A DNA stretch of 63,963 bases, filler included, from Hyphochytrium catenoides (taxonomy: Eukaryota > Protista > Hyphochytriomycota), in NCBI GenBank assembly GCA_900088475.1. It is 14 parts of 14 records of this genome, joined end to end, with 100 filler letters (N's around TTAATTAATTAA, not from the genome) between each part and the next. Parts side by side here need not be neighbours in the genome. Positions count along the whole stretch, not along the records: positions 1 to 23,189 come from FLMG01000295.1; 13 more parts are not named here. The stretch is one strand, 5' to 3'. The notes below the pieces were generated by a model. It worked only from the letters and a program-made list of their open reading frames with translations, was not told where the DNA came from and ran no database searches. A program made the position numbers and the translations under genes. This document shows positions 1 to 12,641 of this stretch, one piece after another; the first letter of the stretch is position 1; each line of letters opens with the position of its first letter.

Positions 1-125
1 GGGGAGAGAGAGAGAGAGAGGGAGAGAGAAAGAGATCATCCCACAACGGGACAGAGCGAGGATGCGAGAAGAATGCAAAGAGAAGAATGACAGAATCAGA
101 TTGATTATCAGGGTCCAGCCATCAC

Positions 126-1076
126 CATTGAGACAATTCCTGCTCCTGTGTGCTTCAGCTCCGCGTGGATCTCATCCTCAAATTTTGGACTGAAGAAAAG
201 AGAAGGATAAAAGAAGAGAGATTACACGACGCAAGAGAGGGGGAGATAGATAGAAAATGGAGAGAGAGAAAGATGAGAGAAGATGAGTGGGAGACGAGAG
301 GAGAGGAGAGAGGGAAGAAGAGATAAGGAAGGGAAAAGAGTGGAAAGGCGGAGATGGAGAAGGGAGAGAAGAGGCGGGAGACAGAGGGAGAGAGAGCCGA
401 GAGATCGAGGAAGAGGGAGCACAAGAGTGAGAGAGGTTGAATGATACCAAGAATAAGACCGTACCCATAGATGGAGCGGCCGCCCTTGCCCGTCCCTGTG
501 GGGTCTCCTCCCTGGATCATGAAATCCTGAAACCGAGGTGGTACAAGGCGAGCCATGAGCAACGACGAAAGAGAGGGTCTTTACAATCTAGAACTCGCAC
601 GGAGAGAGAGATACAGAGAAATCGTGGAGAGGGAGAGAAGGGAACGGAGAAACTAAGCGGAGAGAGCGCGAGGGCAAGGGCAAGGGCAAGGCCAAAATAG
701 GCAAGACGGACAGCCGTAATGATGCCAACCGGCATAACCACTTAAGAAGTATATCCTGAGACACTGCCTTTGTAACCAGCTCGCAGCCTTACCCTAATAA
801 TTCTATGGAATATTGTGCCGTTGTAATATCCTGACCGAGAAAGCTCCGACAGGTTTAGGCAAGTCTTGGGTGCGTGCTTTGTATAGAGCTCGATCTCAAA
901 GGCGCCCTGGTCAGGGTGAGCAGTTTAGAGGAAAATAGACTACGTCTGAGAAAAGGAGAAGTTGGAAAGCTCAGCGATTGAAGAGTTCGGATTAAGCGAA
1001 GGAGTCTGTTGCGAACATTTACCATATTGGTCTCAAAAACGACATGTGTTGCCGTTCTGCTCTCTCGGCTAATCAT
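126..1076 (-). CDS. PPIL1: Cyclophilin-type peptidyl-prolyl isomerase, PPIL1-like; 4 exons visible, 3' end runs off the window start
   Basis: Spliced GT-AG exons give MISRESRTATHVVFETNM|GAFEIELYTKHAPKTCLNLSELSRSGYYNGTIFHRIIR|DFMIQGGDPTGTGKGGRSIYG|PKFEDEIHAELKHTGAGIVSM. FHRII, FMIQGGDPTGTG and LKHTGAG are cyclophilin/PPIL1 motifs. Confidence 0.9.
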
Positions 1077-1628
1077 CGTTACTCTGACTGCAACCTAAAG
1101 CTGACGCTTCGCAAAACTTTTCCTGTCCCTTGGTCTAGATTGAGTGTATCCACTCTGCAGCGCGTCACGGAGAGGTACAATGAGACTCGGTGAACAGAGT
1201 GTGTAAAATGTATTGATTGAAATCTGCAGATGCTCAATTTTGAAGCTTTTTATTTGCAGATTTGGTAATTCTGAACGTGCCTTAGAGTCCGAGGGGCTAC
1301 CTGGAATGGATCCGATCAATGATATGATAACTACAAGGAATCAGAGATGTGATTCTGATCTACCTCGATTTTCTCTGTCTGGTTCTCAGCAGCACTGACT
1401 GTGAAGTTTCCAGACGCATATTTAGAGATTCTAGAGATTCGCATTGGCTATTTCTCTTTTGAGCGGAGCATCATTGGTGTGGTTTTGAGCAACGAACAGA
1501 AGATTTGTCCCATTACGGAGGTAAGGGCTATTTGTCGAGTCAGCTCTGTGAGTCAGAGTTCCTCACATTTGGTTGCGTCTAATAGATTTTCAGCTTTAAC
1601 GAGTCGAAGTACTGAGGCGCTGTGAAAC

Positions 1629-2000
1629 ATGGGCGGTGTGAGCAAGTTCAAGTTCCCCAACGTCTGGAGCCCTTCAGGTGGCTTCTGGTACACTCCTCCT
1701 ACCTGGAAGCGAAACACTGCCATTGCTTTCGGCGTGGCAATCGTCCTTTCAGCCCTCGTCAAGCAGCACAGCGACAAGATCACGGTATCTTCCGCGAAAC
1801 GAGCATGCTCTTCTTGTATCGTCTCGGTCAAGATTCTTCCTCTGTACAATGGAATAACCTCATCAAACTTCTTCCCGCCTCCCTCACTATCGCTTTCTGA
1901 TCTCTTTCTTTCCTCTTTCTCAAGTTTTCCTCCTTCTCACTATTGTCTCCTGTTCGCGTAGGTGACTGTGGACAGACATGAAGCAACGCGAGAAAAATGA
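1629..2000 (+). CDS. Small mitochondrial complex I accessory subunit (fungal NUUM / plant At4g00585-like family), 2 exons
   Basis: Exons 1629-1784 and 1962-2000 give MGGVSKFKFPNVWSPSGGFWYTPPTWKRNTAIAFGVAIVLSALVKQHSDKIT|VTVDRHEATREK*. VWSPxGGxxxxPxxWKRNTAIA followed by one TM helix is the family signature as I recall it. Confidence 0.75.
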
Positions 2001-2615
2001 TCCATCGATGCGATCTAGGCATTTGTGAGAGAGGCGCGCAGAGGGAGAGCGAGAGACAGAAGAGAGAATGACACGCCATCAGAAGAAATGTTGGCTTCTG
2101 AGAGTCAGCTACTGGCTGAGGCAGGCTAGCTGAGAGGAGAAAGACAGCGCGAAAGAGCGCGACGGAAAGAGGAAAGAGAGGCGAATGCTCGAGCTAGAAA
2201 AGCTCTGCTTCAATCAGTTTAACAATCCGACCTGAAGCTCTCTCAAAACTAATGAATTGCCCAGGGCTTCCAAAAGCACATGAGATCTTGGATAAACTAG
2301 GAAAGGGAGGAGAGCGGCAGGAAGAACCAACAAGACATGATACAGACGTTGAGAAAGGGAAGGTAGAGAAGAGAGAGAGAGAGAAGAACGCTAGCGGTAG
2401 AGCACATGGCAGAGAAACAGGACAAGGCCAGGAGGCGTTGATAGAAGAAAGAGCAGCGTAAAACTCGCTGCTTTGTGTTATCTTTTATTACGCTGTAGGC
2501 AAAGAGAAAGAGGAGAAGAGAAAGGACGAATGGAAGGAAAAAGAGAGGGAAGAGAGAGTATTTCTCTCCGTGGCCGCAACTCCATGGAGAGAGTGTCTCT
2601 CTCTCCCGCGCTAAA

Positions 2616-2688
2616 GACAATCTTGGTCAGGTGATACGCAGCCTCTCTCGAGGTTGTTGCCTATCCCGTCATTACGTTGCCAATAGTC
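2616..2688 (-). promoter_or_regulatory. SECIS element (type II) in the SelT 3' UTR
   Basis: Minus strand reads GACTATTGG caacgta ATGAC GGGATAGGCA ACAA CCTC-GAGA-GAGG C TGCGTATCACC TGAC CAAGATTGTC. It has the AUGA...GA core, a helix II of about 10 bp, unpaired AA, an apical mini-helix with GNRA loop, and helix I. It lies about 150 nt downstream of the SelT stop. Confidence 0.85.
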
Positions 2689-2834
2689 TCCCTTCCCTCC
2701 ATTACCTTCTCTCTCTCCGCTCACTCTGACGCCGTAACTGAGAGAAAGACAGCATACAAGCGCTTATAAGAAGAAAGAGAGGAGTTTTCCCTTTCTTCTC
2801 TTCGTGACTCTCTCTCTCTCTTTCATCTCTCTTT

Positions 2835-4026
2835 TTAAGATTTGAAGCCAATGGAGCTGAAGATATGCTGAACCTCCTGCAGAGAAGGAAGTCTCCCCGA
2901 TTTCAGCTTCGAGTAGACCAACACATCTGATGCGATAGATCCACGAGAAAACAAGGGAGGGGAGAGAGAGAGAGAGATGGAACTAGGTTAGACGCAATAA
3001 CTGGACTTAGCGGAGGGATGATAGAGGAAAGAGGAGAGAGCGCGGGCGAGTGAAAGATACTCGATAGTGTGAACTAGTAGACGAGGTCGCTCCCAATGGG
3101 ACAGAAGGACGAGAGAGACACATCGATGCAGGGAGAAACACATCGGAGGCAGGCAAAAGTAGAGTAAACAAACGACAGGGGAAACAGAGTGAGGCACGAG
3201 AGGGAGAGAAAAAAAGAGACCAGTAGAGGGAGAGAGAGAGAGAGAGCAGGATATACCATTGACATAGATTTCAAAGGCTCCTGTGGAGGCGAGGTTGCCC
3301 GCCACTGTCCCGAGGACCATCACCACCAAGAATATGACCGCGCGATTCTTTAAGAATTCTTGAACATTATCTGGGACATCCACCGGCACCACGCGCAGCA
3401 GCTGCATAAAGGGAGAGAGAGAGAGACAGAGAGAGAGAGAGAGAAAGAGACAAAGAGAGAAAGACAGAGAGGGAGAGAAACAAGCAGTTAATGAAAGAGA
3501 GCCTTGGAGAGAGTCGAATAGTTTTAGAGAGAGACGGGAGCGATCTCAGGGACAAGCAGAAAGGGGCGACCAATGGAGAAAGAGTACACAGAGAGACATT
3601 CTTTCCAACAAAAGACCAAAAGAGAGACAAGAGAGAGACCGCAGGACCAACGAGATGCATCTCGAGACCGCGTGAGAAGGAAAGAGGGAGCGGACCAATC
3701 GCAGGGAGAGCGGGAGCGTAAAAGAAAGAAAGAGAAAGAGAGAGAGAGACAGAGTTTGAAAGGAAACAGGGTAAGTGATGACAGGAATAAGAAACTCCGT
3801 AGGAGAATGTCGGCTTCTTACATTCTCTCCTAGGAGGAGAACCGCCCAGCCACAGAGCTGGATAGCGCTCACAAGGCTCTGCATCATCTATTGAGAGAAA
3901 TGAGAAAAAGAGAAGAACAGGAAGAATAGGGTGAGAGAGAGAAGGGAGACTCTGAAGTATAGCCGGGTAGGAGTGTGATGCTCTCTCCAGGCTAAAGGCA
4001 GTTTTGCTTCTCTGTTTCTTTGTTTG

Positions 4027-4064
<38 letters not shown>

Positions 4065-4169
4065 GCTTTCCCTGCTTTCTCAGGTTCTTTCTTCCCTCCT
4101 TTTCCCCACCCAGTACCTCACCGTTCTGCTTCTTCCTCTGTTTCTCTCTCTCCTTGTCTCGTAAACACA

Positions 4170-4213
<44 letters not shown>

Positions 4214-4509
4214 CTCCGTCGTTCCTCTCTCTCTCTCTGTTTTAAGGGAGTAGCTGACCTGCGCGGTCTCCGAAGGAGGCTCTACTCCTCCTCTGATTCT
4301 GTCAACAAGTTGCGGATAATTATATTCGAGGAACTTCTTGAGCTGATGAAGAGGAAAAAGGGAAAGAGTCAGGACCAGGATGGGGAGAAAAGGAAAGAAA
4401 CAGAGGAAACAAGAGAGAAAGACACACAGGAAGGTGAGTTTCAGAGGGTCGCGATGATAGAGCGGCAGAGAAAGAAGAACCGTCCCAAGATCGCCCCAAA
4501 ATGGAGTAG

Positions 4510-4568
<59 letters not shown>

Positions 4569-5046
4569 AAAGAGAGAGAGAAAGATAAGAGAGAGGGAGC
4601 TACAATAGTAAACAATAGTGTACAGAAGAAATGAGAAGAAGGAAAAGGCAAGAGAGTGAAAGGAGGCAGACAGAAAAAGGGAAAGAGGTGGAGAGAGAGA
4701 AAATGAAAAATTGGCAGAGAACAGAGAAAGAGAGAGAACACCCTCAGCTAACATAATACCATCGTACCTCAAGAAAGTTCCTCTGGTAGCCTCTAACGAG
4801 AAGAGAGAGAGAGAGAGGGAGAGCATGAGAATCCCAAAATATACGAACGGAGTCAGAGAACAAGGGAGAGAGACGAGGAATGCTGCCCATAAGAAGGTGA
4901 AGGGGAGACAGACCCGATAAAGCAGCAAAGCCAGCAGAAAATATAGAAAGAGGCAAAGAAAAGACAAAGTGACGACGAACATATGAGGCCAGCAAATAGA
5001 AAGGTTAAGGGCTGAAGGATTGAAGAACCTCGGCCGAGGAGAAAGA

Positions 5047-5093
<47 letters not shown>

Positions 5094-5472
5094 AGAGAGA
5101 GAGAGAGGGAGGGAGCCAGAGCGACGAGAGTGAACGAGAGAGAGAGAGACGGATCAAAAGATAGAGAGGGACAGACAGAGAGGAAGTGAGAGAAAGTGAA
5201 AGAGAGAGACACAGAAAGGGAGGAAGAGAGAGCGCGAAAGAGAAAGAGATAGTGAAAGAGAGAGACAGAGAGAGAGACAAAGGTTATGTTACATCCAATT
5301 CCGGTGAAGGGTCTCACCATGAGGAGCAATATGAGACGTAGACTTTGCTGTTATTGGGATCTTCCACCTTCTCCATAATCCCAAAGCCTGTGTTCTTCCT
5401 AGAGCCATCTGCAACAACAGCCAGCCGTGAGGGAGGAAAGAGTAAGAAAGAAAGAGAAAGAAAGAAAGATGG

Positions 5473-5508
<36 letters not shown>

Positions 5509-5606
5509 CTGACACGAACGATAGAAGAAAAGAGAAGGGAACAGAAAGAGCAAGAGCGAGAAGGAGAGAAGTGGCATAGGCCCCTCCACACACACAGACA
5601 GGGAGG

Positions 5607-5649
<43 letters not shown>

Positions 5650-5779
5650 GGCAGAGAACTAGAAGTAGCAGAGAGTGGGTAGGAGAGAGATAAAGATGCG
5701 ACGTACCTGCCAAGAGCAAACAACAGATTAGCAGCAGGAATGCCGCTCCGAGCGGCCTCAGGAAGGAAAAGCTCCCCAT
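2835..5779 (-). CDS. SELENOT: Selenoprotein T (thioredoxin-like Rdx family, CxxU), 7 exons
   Basis: Spliced product: signal peptide MGSFSFLRPLGAAFLLLICCLLLA, then ...KVYVSYCSS-U-GYQRNFLELKKFLEYNYPQLVDRIRGGVEPP..., two hydrophobic segments, and ...STGAFEIYVNDVLVYSKLKSGRLPSLQEVQHIF...KS*. The UGA is formed across an intron (TG at 5319-5318, A at 4792). A SECIS is present downstream. Confidence 0.93.
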
Positions 5780-6032
5780 GAGACCCCTTCACCTGCTTTT
5801 CCTTGGCACACGCTCTCTCTCTCTCTTTCGGTTTCTCTTTCTTTCTTCTGCTCCTACAGGGAAAGAAATATGTGAAGAGCAGGATTCAGGGTTCCGGAGC
5901 AATCTTGCGTTCAGGACGAGCTTCAAGGTTGGCGCTCAACTTCAGGGGAGAGAGAGCGAAAGAAAGCGAGAGAGAGAGAGAAGGCAAGAGAGAGAGAAGG
6001 CAAGAGAGAGAGAAGGCTAGAGAGAGAGAAGG

Positions 6033-6091
<59 letters not shown>

Positions 6092-7051
6092 TTCCTGGCA
6101 GACTGGAGACTAGGAAGGATTGAAGGGGAGAGAGAGAGACTCAAGAGCGAACTGAGAGTGGAATGACAGTGACAGAAGGAAGAACATGGAACACGTTGAA
6201 AGAGTGCGATAAAGAAAATTACAATGAAGAGTGGACGAGAGAGGAGAGAAATGGCAAGAGTGCAGAAAGAAAGAAAGGAAAAGAGAATGGGCCGGAGAGA
6301 CAGAGAAGGAGAGAGGTACAGAGTCGAGTGAGAGAGACACAAAAGAGAGTGTCAAGAAGAGAGAGAGGACCATCAGACAGCCCCTGTGAGGATACTCACC
6401 CTTCCTATAGGTAGATCCTTACAGATAATCCTCAAAGGTGGCACCGTCGGATACCTCCATGTCCCGGAGCTAAGCACATCTATTCTAGATCTTGAACTAT
6501 ATCATCTTTACATGTACAGTATCAAGAGTCTTTGTAACTTCTATTTAGAATATGTTTGTATCAGTGACAGCAACCAAACAACGAAATCTGATCTCTGATT
6601 AATCTAATCTGGATCTTCGGAGATCTGATGTTGTGCCTTTTCAGATCTTCTTCAGGAGATGTCCAGGCCCACGATGCCGCAGCTTCAGCCGCTGATGAGA
6701 GCTGAGACTGCGTTGGGACTTGGAGCGGAGTGAAATGAGAGAGAAAGAGGGATGAGGAGAGCCAGGGAGGCATCTTCTCCATCACTGCGGGTGCGTTGCG
6801 AAGATTGACGGGTTTGTTTCTATCATGTCACGGAGAACGATCACACTTCTCAGTCTCTCTTCAATGATCGTCTTCAAATGTCTTGCGCTTTTTGTCGCCT
6901 TTATGTCATTAATCTTCTGTCCCTCATGCGCTGATCTCTCCACTTGCGGTTTTTCACATATCGTACAGAGGTCACAAGGTGCAAAGGTCTTATAGAGGAC
7001 ACAGCATAAGCTGCGTCATTCTCTTTAAAAATGAGACCACCCTTGTCTTCA

Positions 7052-8524
7052 CTATGGAGAAGTAGCGCTAGAAAGTGATTGAGCGATCTCAATGGTCATC
7101 CTAACTATCTCTTCTGTCATTGCAAACATGTCACCGTGTCCTTTGGTAGAGTACACTGTTCGAGCGCCGTCCTTGGCCAAAAGGCTATGCAGAGCGTGCT
7201 CTGCTGCTGCCCAGTCCTTCATCTCTTCATCATAGAAAGCATCTCCGCCTGCGTAGTCATAGCTCCGGGCACTCATCACGCGAACAACTAGATTTCTCCA
7301 TGCGGCTGCCAGAGGAGAGAGGGGTTCTTGCGAAATCTGAGAAGAGACAATTGCATGCACTTCGTCTTCTGAAGCCCAGTCATTTCCTCGCTCAGCTCTT
7401 CCTCGGGGTAAAGTCTTCCACATTCCTTCTACACCTCTCTTCCCGTAGGCCTTGGGCTCTGCTCGGACGAGTGTCTGCAGCGCTTCCTTCTCCAGCTTTA
7501 GACAGCTCTGTGCTCCCCACCCTACCTCTGCCATTTCTGCCAGGTCAATCATCATCCGCATCTCTTTCCCCAGATTACTGAAGAAAATTTTAGAGTTCAT
7601 CTCTGCCCTTACCAGTTCTATAGGAAAAGCTTTGCTCTCCAGCCTCTGCCGCCAACTTCTCACCGCAAAGTAAAGAAACGGGCGAAAGATTCCTGTCCAA
7701 ACCAGCGCTGCATACAGCTTATAGACCAAGGCCGCGCCATGGAACTTTGATCTTTTCATGCAGAACGGGTAAGGAAAGCCATCCATATTTAGGAACCCTG
7801 CCACTCGGTCCGGATACTTGGCGATAAAGCATTGCGCCACCACGCTTCCCATTGAAGGACCAAGAAGAATCCACTTTGTCTCTTCCTTTTCTTTTCCCAT
7901 CTCTTCCTTTCTCAAAGAGAGAGACATCGCCGACAGTACTCTCTCCATCTCTTCAATGCACTCATCGGCAGCAGGAGCCACTGGCGAGGGATTGGGGTCA
8001 CTGAGTCCTACGCCTAGCCTGTCATAGGAAAGAACTGTGAACCCTCTCTCTACTAAGAGCTCATGCAGAGGACTGATGGTCATCATAGTAGCGCCTAAGC
8101 CGTTAGGAATGCAGACCGGAGGATATGGAGAGCCGTCTGTGGTGGTATAGCGCACTGCCACCTCATAGTAGCTACTCTCGGCATCACCTTCCTCTTCTCT
8201 ATTAGGCGAGGATAGGATAGGAGAAAAGTTGGTGCTCTCTCCTGCCTTGAGGGCATCTAGTTCCTTTTCTTTCTTCCCTTTGCTAATGGGAACTCTAACG
8301 AATTGCAAGTCAGGAATCGTGGCTAAGAGTGAGGAGCGGTCGAGGAGCTTTTCATCCTGCTTTCTGCAGAAGTACTGCAGGGTGGGGCCGATGAGGGAAA
8401 GAGTGCTTAGTAGCCAAAGGGAGAGGAAGAGTAGCAAGAGCGCTAGTCCAATAGGAAGTAGTAGAATAAGCAAGAAGGCTCGACCCAGCTGCCTCATGAC
8501 TTTAGTAGGCAGAAGCAACGCCAT
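7052..8524 (-). CDS. Membrane-anchored alpha/beta hydrolase-fold protein, intronless, 490 aa
   Basis: N-terminal hydrophobic anchor, NGLGA oxyanion-like loop, SYDRLGVGLSD, nucleophile elbow GPSMG, and a C-terminal GHG candidate catalytic His. Confidence 0.88.
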   Translation of the reverse strand: MALLLPTKVMRQLGRAFLLILLLPIGLALLLLFLSLWLLSTLSLIGPTLQYFCRKQDEKLLDRSSLLATIPDLQFVRVPISKGKKEKELDALKAGESTNFSPILSSPNREEEGDAESSYYEVAVRYTTTDGSPYPPVCIPNGLGATMMTISPLHELLVERGFTVLSYDRLGVGLSDPNPSPVAPAADECIEEMERVLSAMSLSLRKEEMGKEKEETKWILLGPSMGSVVAQCFIAKYPDRVAGFLNMDGFPYPFCMKRSKFHGAALVYKLYAALVWTGIFRPFLYFAVRSWRQRLESKAFPIELVRAEMNSKIFFSNLGKEMRMMIDLAEMAEVGWGAQSCLKLEKEALQTLVRAEPKAYGKRGVEGMWKTLPRGRAERGNDWASEDEVHAIVSSQISQEPLSPLAAAWRNLVVRVMSARSYDYAGGDAFYDEEMKDWAAAEHALHSLLAKDGARTVYSTKGHGDMFAMTEEIVRMTIEIAQSLSSATSP

Positions 8525-9526
8525 CTCTTCCTTTCAACCGAGCCGCTTCCTTTGATGCCTTGCCCCGGTGCGCGACTGCCTTTACGTAGAGAAAGAGACT
8601 ACCTTTCAAGCAGACAGCTGTGAGCTCTAACATCATGCTATCTACCATATCAATATCGCTCCTTCCTCTTCTCACCTTGAAGCTATTGACCGCTGCAGAT
8701 GTTCATGGCAGTGCCTTGTCGCACTGACACTACTGGCGCTCCTTGTTTTTTTTTCCTGCCCCCATGTACAGCTATATGTACTTTCTCTGTCTCTCTCCTC
8801 TCTCTGTACCTTTCCTTTTCAGTCTGTCCTTGTCTCTCTCTCGCTATGTCTTTCTCTCTCTCTCTCTCTCTCTGTGTGTCTTTCTCTCTCTCTCTCTCTG
8901 TGTCTTTCTCTCTCTCTGTGTGTCTTCCTCTCTCTCTCTCTCTGTGTCTTTCTTTCTCTCTCTCTTTCTCTCGCTAAGCTCCTCTCTTCTTTCATCTCTC
9001 TCTCTCTCTCCTCTCTACAGTATCTGGTGATCCTCTCATATCATTGAGCTGTCCGTTACCATCAACCATGTAGTTATCAGCTTTTGAGCTCTAGCGGTAA
9101 TCAGTACATACCCGAAAATACACTGCTTATTTGGGATGTTACTTTCGGGTATGTTCGGATCTGTTATCGGCTCCTCAGCAGCATGCTGTAAGATCAAGAG
9201 CTCAAGGCCTCCGTATAAGCTTCAGATATCCGTCAGCAGAGATCTGCAGATCACGACTGCCTTTTTGCATCTCGGGACCGCGATAGGCTGGTGCGAGGCA
9301 TTAATATAGACCAGATACAGCAAGCTATTCCCCATCTTTTGCTTTCCGGTGAGGCGCTGACTTTGACTCCTGCCTGCGTCTAAAGCGTGGAAGAAAAGTC
9401 AATGGCGTGAGCTACTTGGCACCTCAGCTTTTCTTGCTGGGCCCTAGTTGAGCCCATTGTAAAAGGCGGAGTAGGGGGTCTATTCCAATGTTACTTTAGA
9501 TTCAGTGGCCACGGTAATCCGGAGGA

Positions 9527-10055
9527 ATGACGGAGCCCACGCATCTGCACGATATCCTCCTCAGCCGAATCGATGTGCTTCGGCAGAATGTCGACACGCT
9601 TTTCGGAGAGTTCACAAAGCTCCAGAAAGGGGATTACGAAGGTTAGTTGGCCACAAAGAGAGAGAGAAGAGAGAATTGAGGAAACAGAGCGGGAGAGTGA
9701 AAGAAGAGAGACAGTTAAGGCGCAGCCAGAGGGCTGTTCTTTGTTTCTTTTTCTGAACACGTTATGCTACTTTTTCCAGGCCGAGCAAAGACGGAGAAGC
9801 TTTCAGACTCCATCAAGAAGATCATCATCAAATCTGACCAGAACCTGACTCTTCTCTCCCAGTTTGGACCCAGATTTGGTCTGTCTACGTGTTCTTTCTC
9901 TCTTTCTTCTTCCTCTGACAAATCTAAACTCTCCTATTCCTAGCTGTCGCTCTCTCTTCCTCGCCCGCCCCCCCTTTCCCCACATCCGGCAGTGCTGCGT
10001 GTGTCTTGGTTTATAATGTGCACTTCCTGTTTTCTCTCCTCTCTTCAGCCTCTCT

Positions 10056-10095
<40 letters not shown>

Positions 10096-10950
10096 CCTTC
10101 TTCTCTCTTTTTCTCTTTCTGTTGCTCTCTCTCTCTCTCTCTTGTTCTCTCTCTCTTCTTTTCCTCGCCCTCTCTACCACAAATGAACCTTTATCGTTCT
10201 TCGTCCCGGCGTTCCCCACTCCCTCTCTTTCGGGTCCTCATACTTTCTTTTCTCTCTCTCTTTCTCTTTTCAGAGGAAGAGACGGACAAGCTTCCTGATG
10301 TTGATAAGCTCCAGAGGAACGTGTTAACAGAATATCAGTGGAAGAGAACGTTGCAGGAGAGAGGCAACAAAGCTGTTCATGCCTTCAGAGAACAGCTCCA
10401 CAGCAGGTTCCCCTCTCTCCCTACAGAAGACGGGCAGAGACTGCTCGGCGGGCCTCCAAGCTTCTTCTCTCCTCGGCCTAACAAAAGGCCCAGGATTGTG
10501 GATGGAAGCCTTTATAGAAACAAGTAAGCCGTCTCTCTCTCTCTCTTATAGACTCACCGGTCGGTTCCTCCCTGATTCTTTCCCTTCTGATCTTCTTCTT
10601 AGCTCTCTCCGCACTCTTTCTCTCTTTTCCTTCTTCTTCTCTCCTACTCTCTCACTCACTCTCTCTCTTTCTCCTTTGCTTTTTGTTGTTGTTGCCATTA
10701 TGCTACCTTGTGCCCTGCTCTCTGGTCAGGTAGTCCTCTCTTTTTATACAGAGACCTCCAGCGTTGTTACTTCTCTCTCCTTGGAGACGATAACCTAGCC
10801 AGCTCCTGATGAGCTCAAGGCAGTGTCTCTCTCTCTCTCTGTCTCCTCTCTATCAGACACCTCCCTTTCTCTGGCTCTTCGTCTCTCTCTGTATATTCTC
10901 TCTTTCGGGCTCAGTCTCTTTTTTCCCATTTCTCTGTCATTGATCTCTCT

Positions 10951-10982
<32 letters not shown>

Positions 10983-11505
10983 GCGGGTGGCGAATAAATC
11001 TAGAAACTTGGACTGGGTGCTCGGGACCATCACGCATCGCCATCCCACGCTGACGTTCGAGAAGTATTATCATGTCGACAAGCGAGACCAAAAGGAGAAA
11101 GTGCATGCGATCAAGGTGAGCACCCTTGCAGATCTGCTGAAGGAAAAGGAGGAGAGAGAGCGAGAGAGAGAGAAGGGCGAAAGAGGGGAAAGGGGGAGGG
11201 GGAAGGAACTGGGAGACATACTAATCGACGTGCTGTTGGGTTAACACAGAGAGAAAGGAAGAGGGATAACAGATAGAGAGGTTAGAAAAAACAGAACTAG
11301 AAAAGGCGAGAAACAACTGTGATTATGTGAGAGGGAGTGAATCTGAGAGGGAGACTGAGAACAGCGTGGAAGACAGAGAGAAAGAAGTGGTACGGCAGGT
11401 AGGGCTGATATGGGTTAGTCACTTCAGCTGGAGGGAAGAAGACATGAGGGTTCACACGGACGTCCTAATTGGGAAGAGAACTTTAGAAATGGGCTTTTCT
11501 CACGG

Positions 11506-11559
<54 letters not shown>

Positions 11560-12606
11560 CCTCTCCCGCTCTCTCCGGATCACATCGAACCTTCTTCTCT
11601 CAAGGCCAAGTTAGCGGGAATCTTTGACGTCTATCTTGCTTTCAATCCATCAGGTACCGCCGTCTGACTCTCTCTTTTCATCCTTTCTGCTTCTCTTCCG
11701 GAGTATTAACTCTTCTACACGTATGCTCTCTCTTTCTCCCACCCTTTTCTCGTCTCTCTCTTTCATTCTCCCTCTCTCTTCTCTCTCTTCACCTCTAAAT
11801 GTTGCCTCTTCTGCCTCAGTGTCGGAGCCGAAGAAAGAGCCGACTGCTCTTCCTCTTCCTGCTGCGCCTACGACTCCTGTGCCTGCTCCGAACAAGACGC
11901 CAACTGGAGGAAGAAAGAAGAAGACAAGCGCTCCACCGCCGCCGCCTGTCAAAGTGGAGCCAGGACTTGAGCCCTCACAAGGTTAGAGTAACTGCGTCTT
12001 CTACTTTTCTCTCTCTCTCTCTCTCCGTTTCCGTCTGTTATTGCCCTACCTCCCTCTCTGTATCTCTCTCTCTCTCTTGTACTGCCTCCCTCTCTCGCTT
12101 TCTCTCCGGAGTTGACTGTTCTCTTCTCTCTTTCTCTCCCCCTGTGCCATTCTCTCTCTCTCCCTCAACTCCATCGGTCCCTCTCTCTCTGTGCATTTCC
12201 TCTCTTTCTTGTCTCTCTCGTCCTTCACATCAGTCTCAATTGTCTCTCTACTTCATTCAAACGACTTCCCTTTCTCTCTATATTTAGCTCTTCTATTGCT
12301 CATCCTGGCCGTTCTGCAGACCACATTACCTTCTCTCTCTTTTTCTCTCACCCATCACGCCGCCTCTCTCTCTCTCTCTTTTTCTCTGTCCTTCCTGCCT
12401 CTTGTGAACTGTCTCCTTCCTGCCTCTAATGACTCTCTCTCCTCGCCAGCCCCAGAGGCGTCTTATGATCCTCTCTCTCTCCGGGTGGAGCGTCTGACGG
12501 TGGTTGGAGACGATGAAGAATGTCCTGAGGGCGCCTGGGGAGCTTCCAAGTTTCAGGTCTTTCAGAAGATTACGGATCATGCTAGAGAGGTGAGAAGATA
12601 AACAAA

Positions 12607-12641
<35 letters not shown>

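Noticed and set aside
3367-6373. Numerous long ORFs rich in SLSLSL/ERERER, here and throughout the ORF track
   Set aside because: They are translations of intronic (CT)n/(GA)n tracts that lack stop codons, and they overlap real spliced genes.
5850-6790. Exon-like islands upstream of SelT; similar islands at about 18.2-18.9, 47.6-48.5, 50.3-51.6, 53.5-54.7 and 57.2-58.2 kb
   Set aside because: Probably parts of genes, but I could not build a phase-consistent model or recognise a product.
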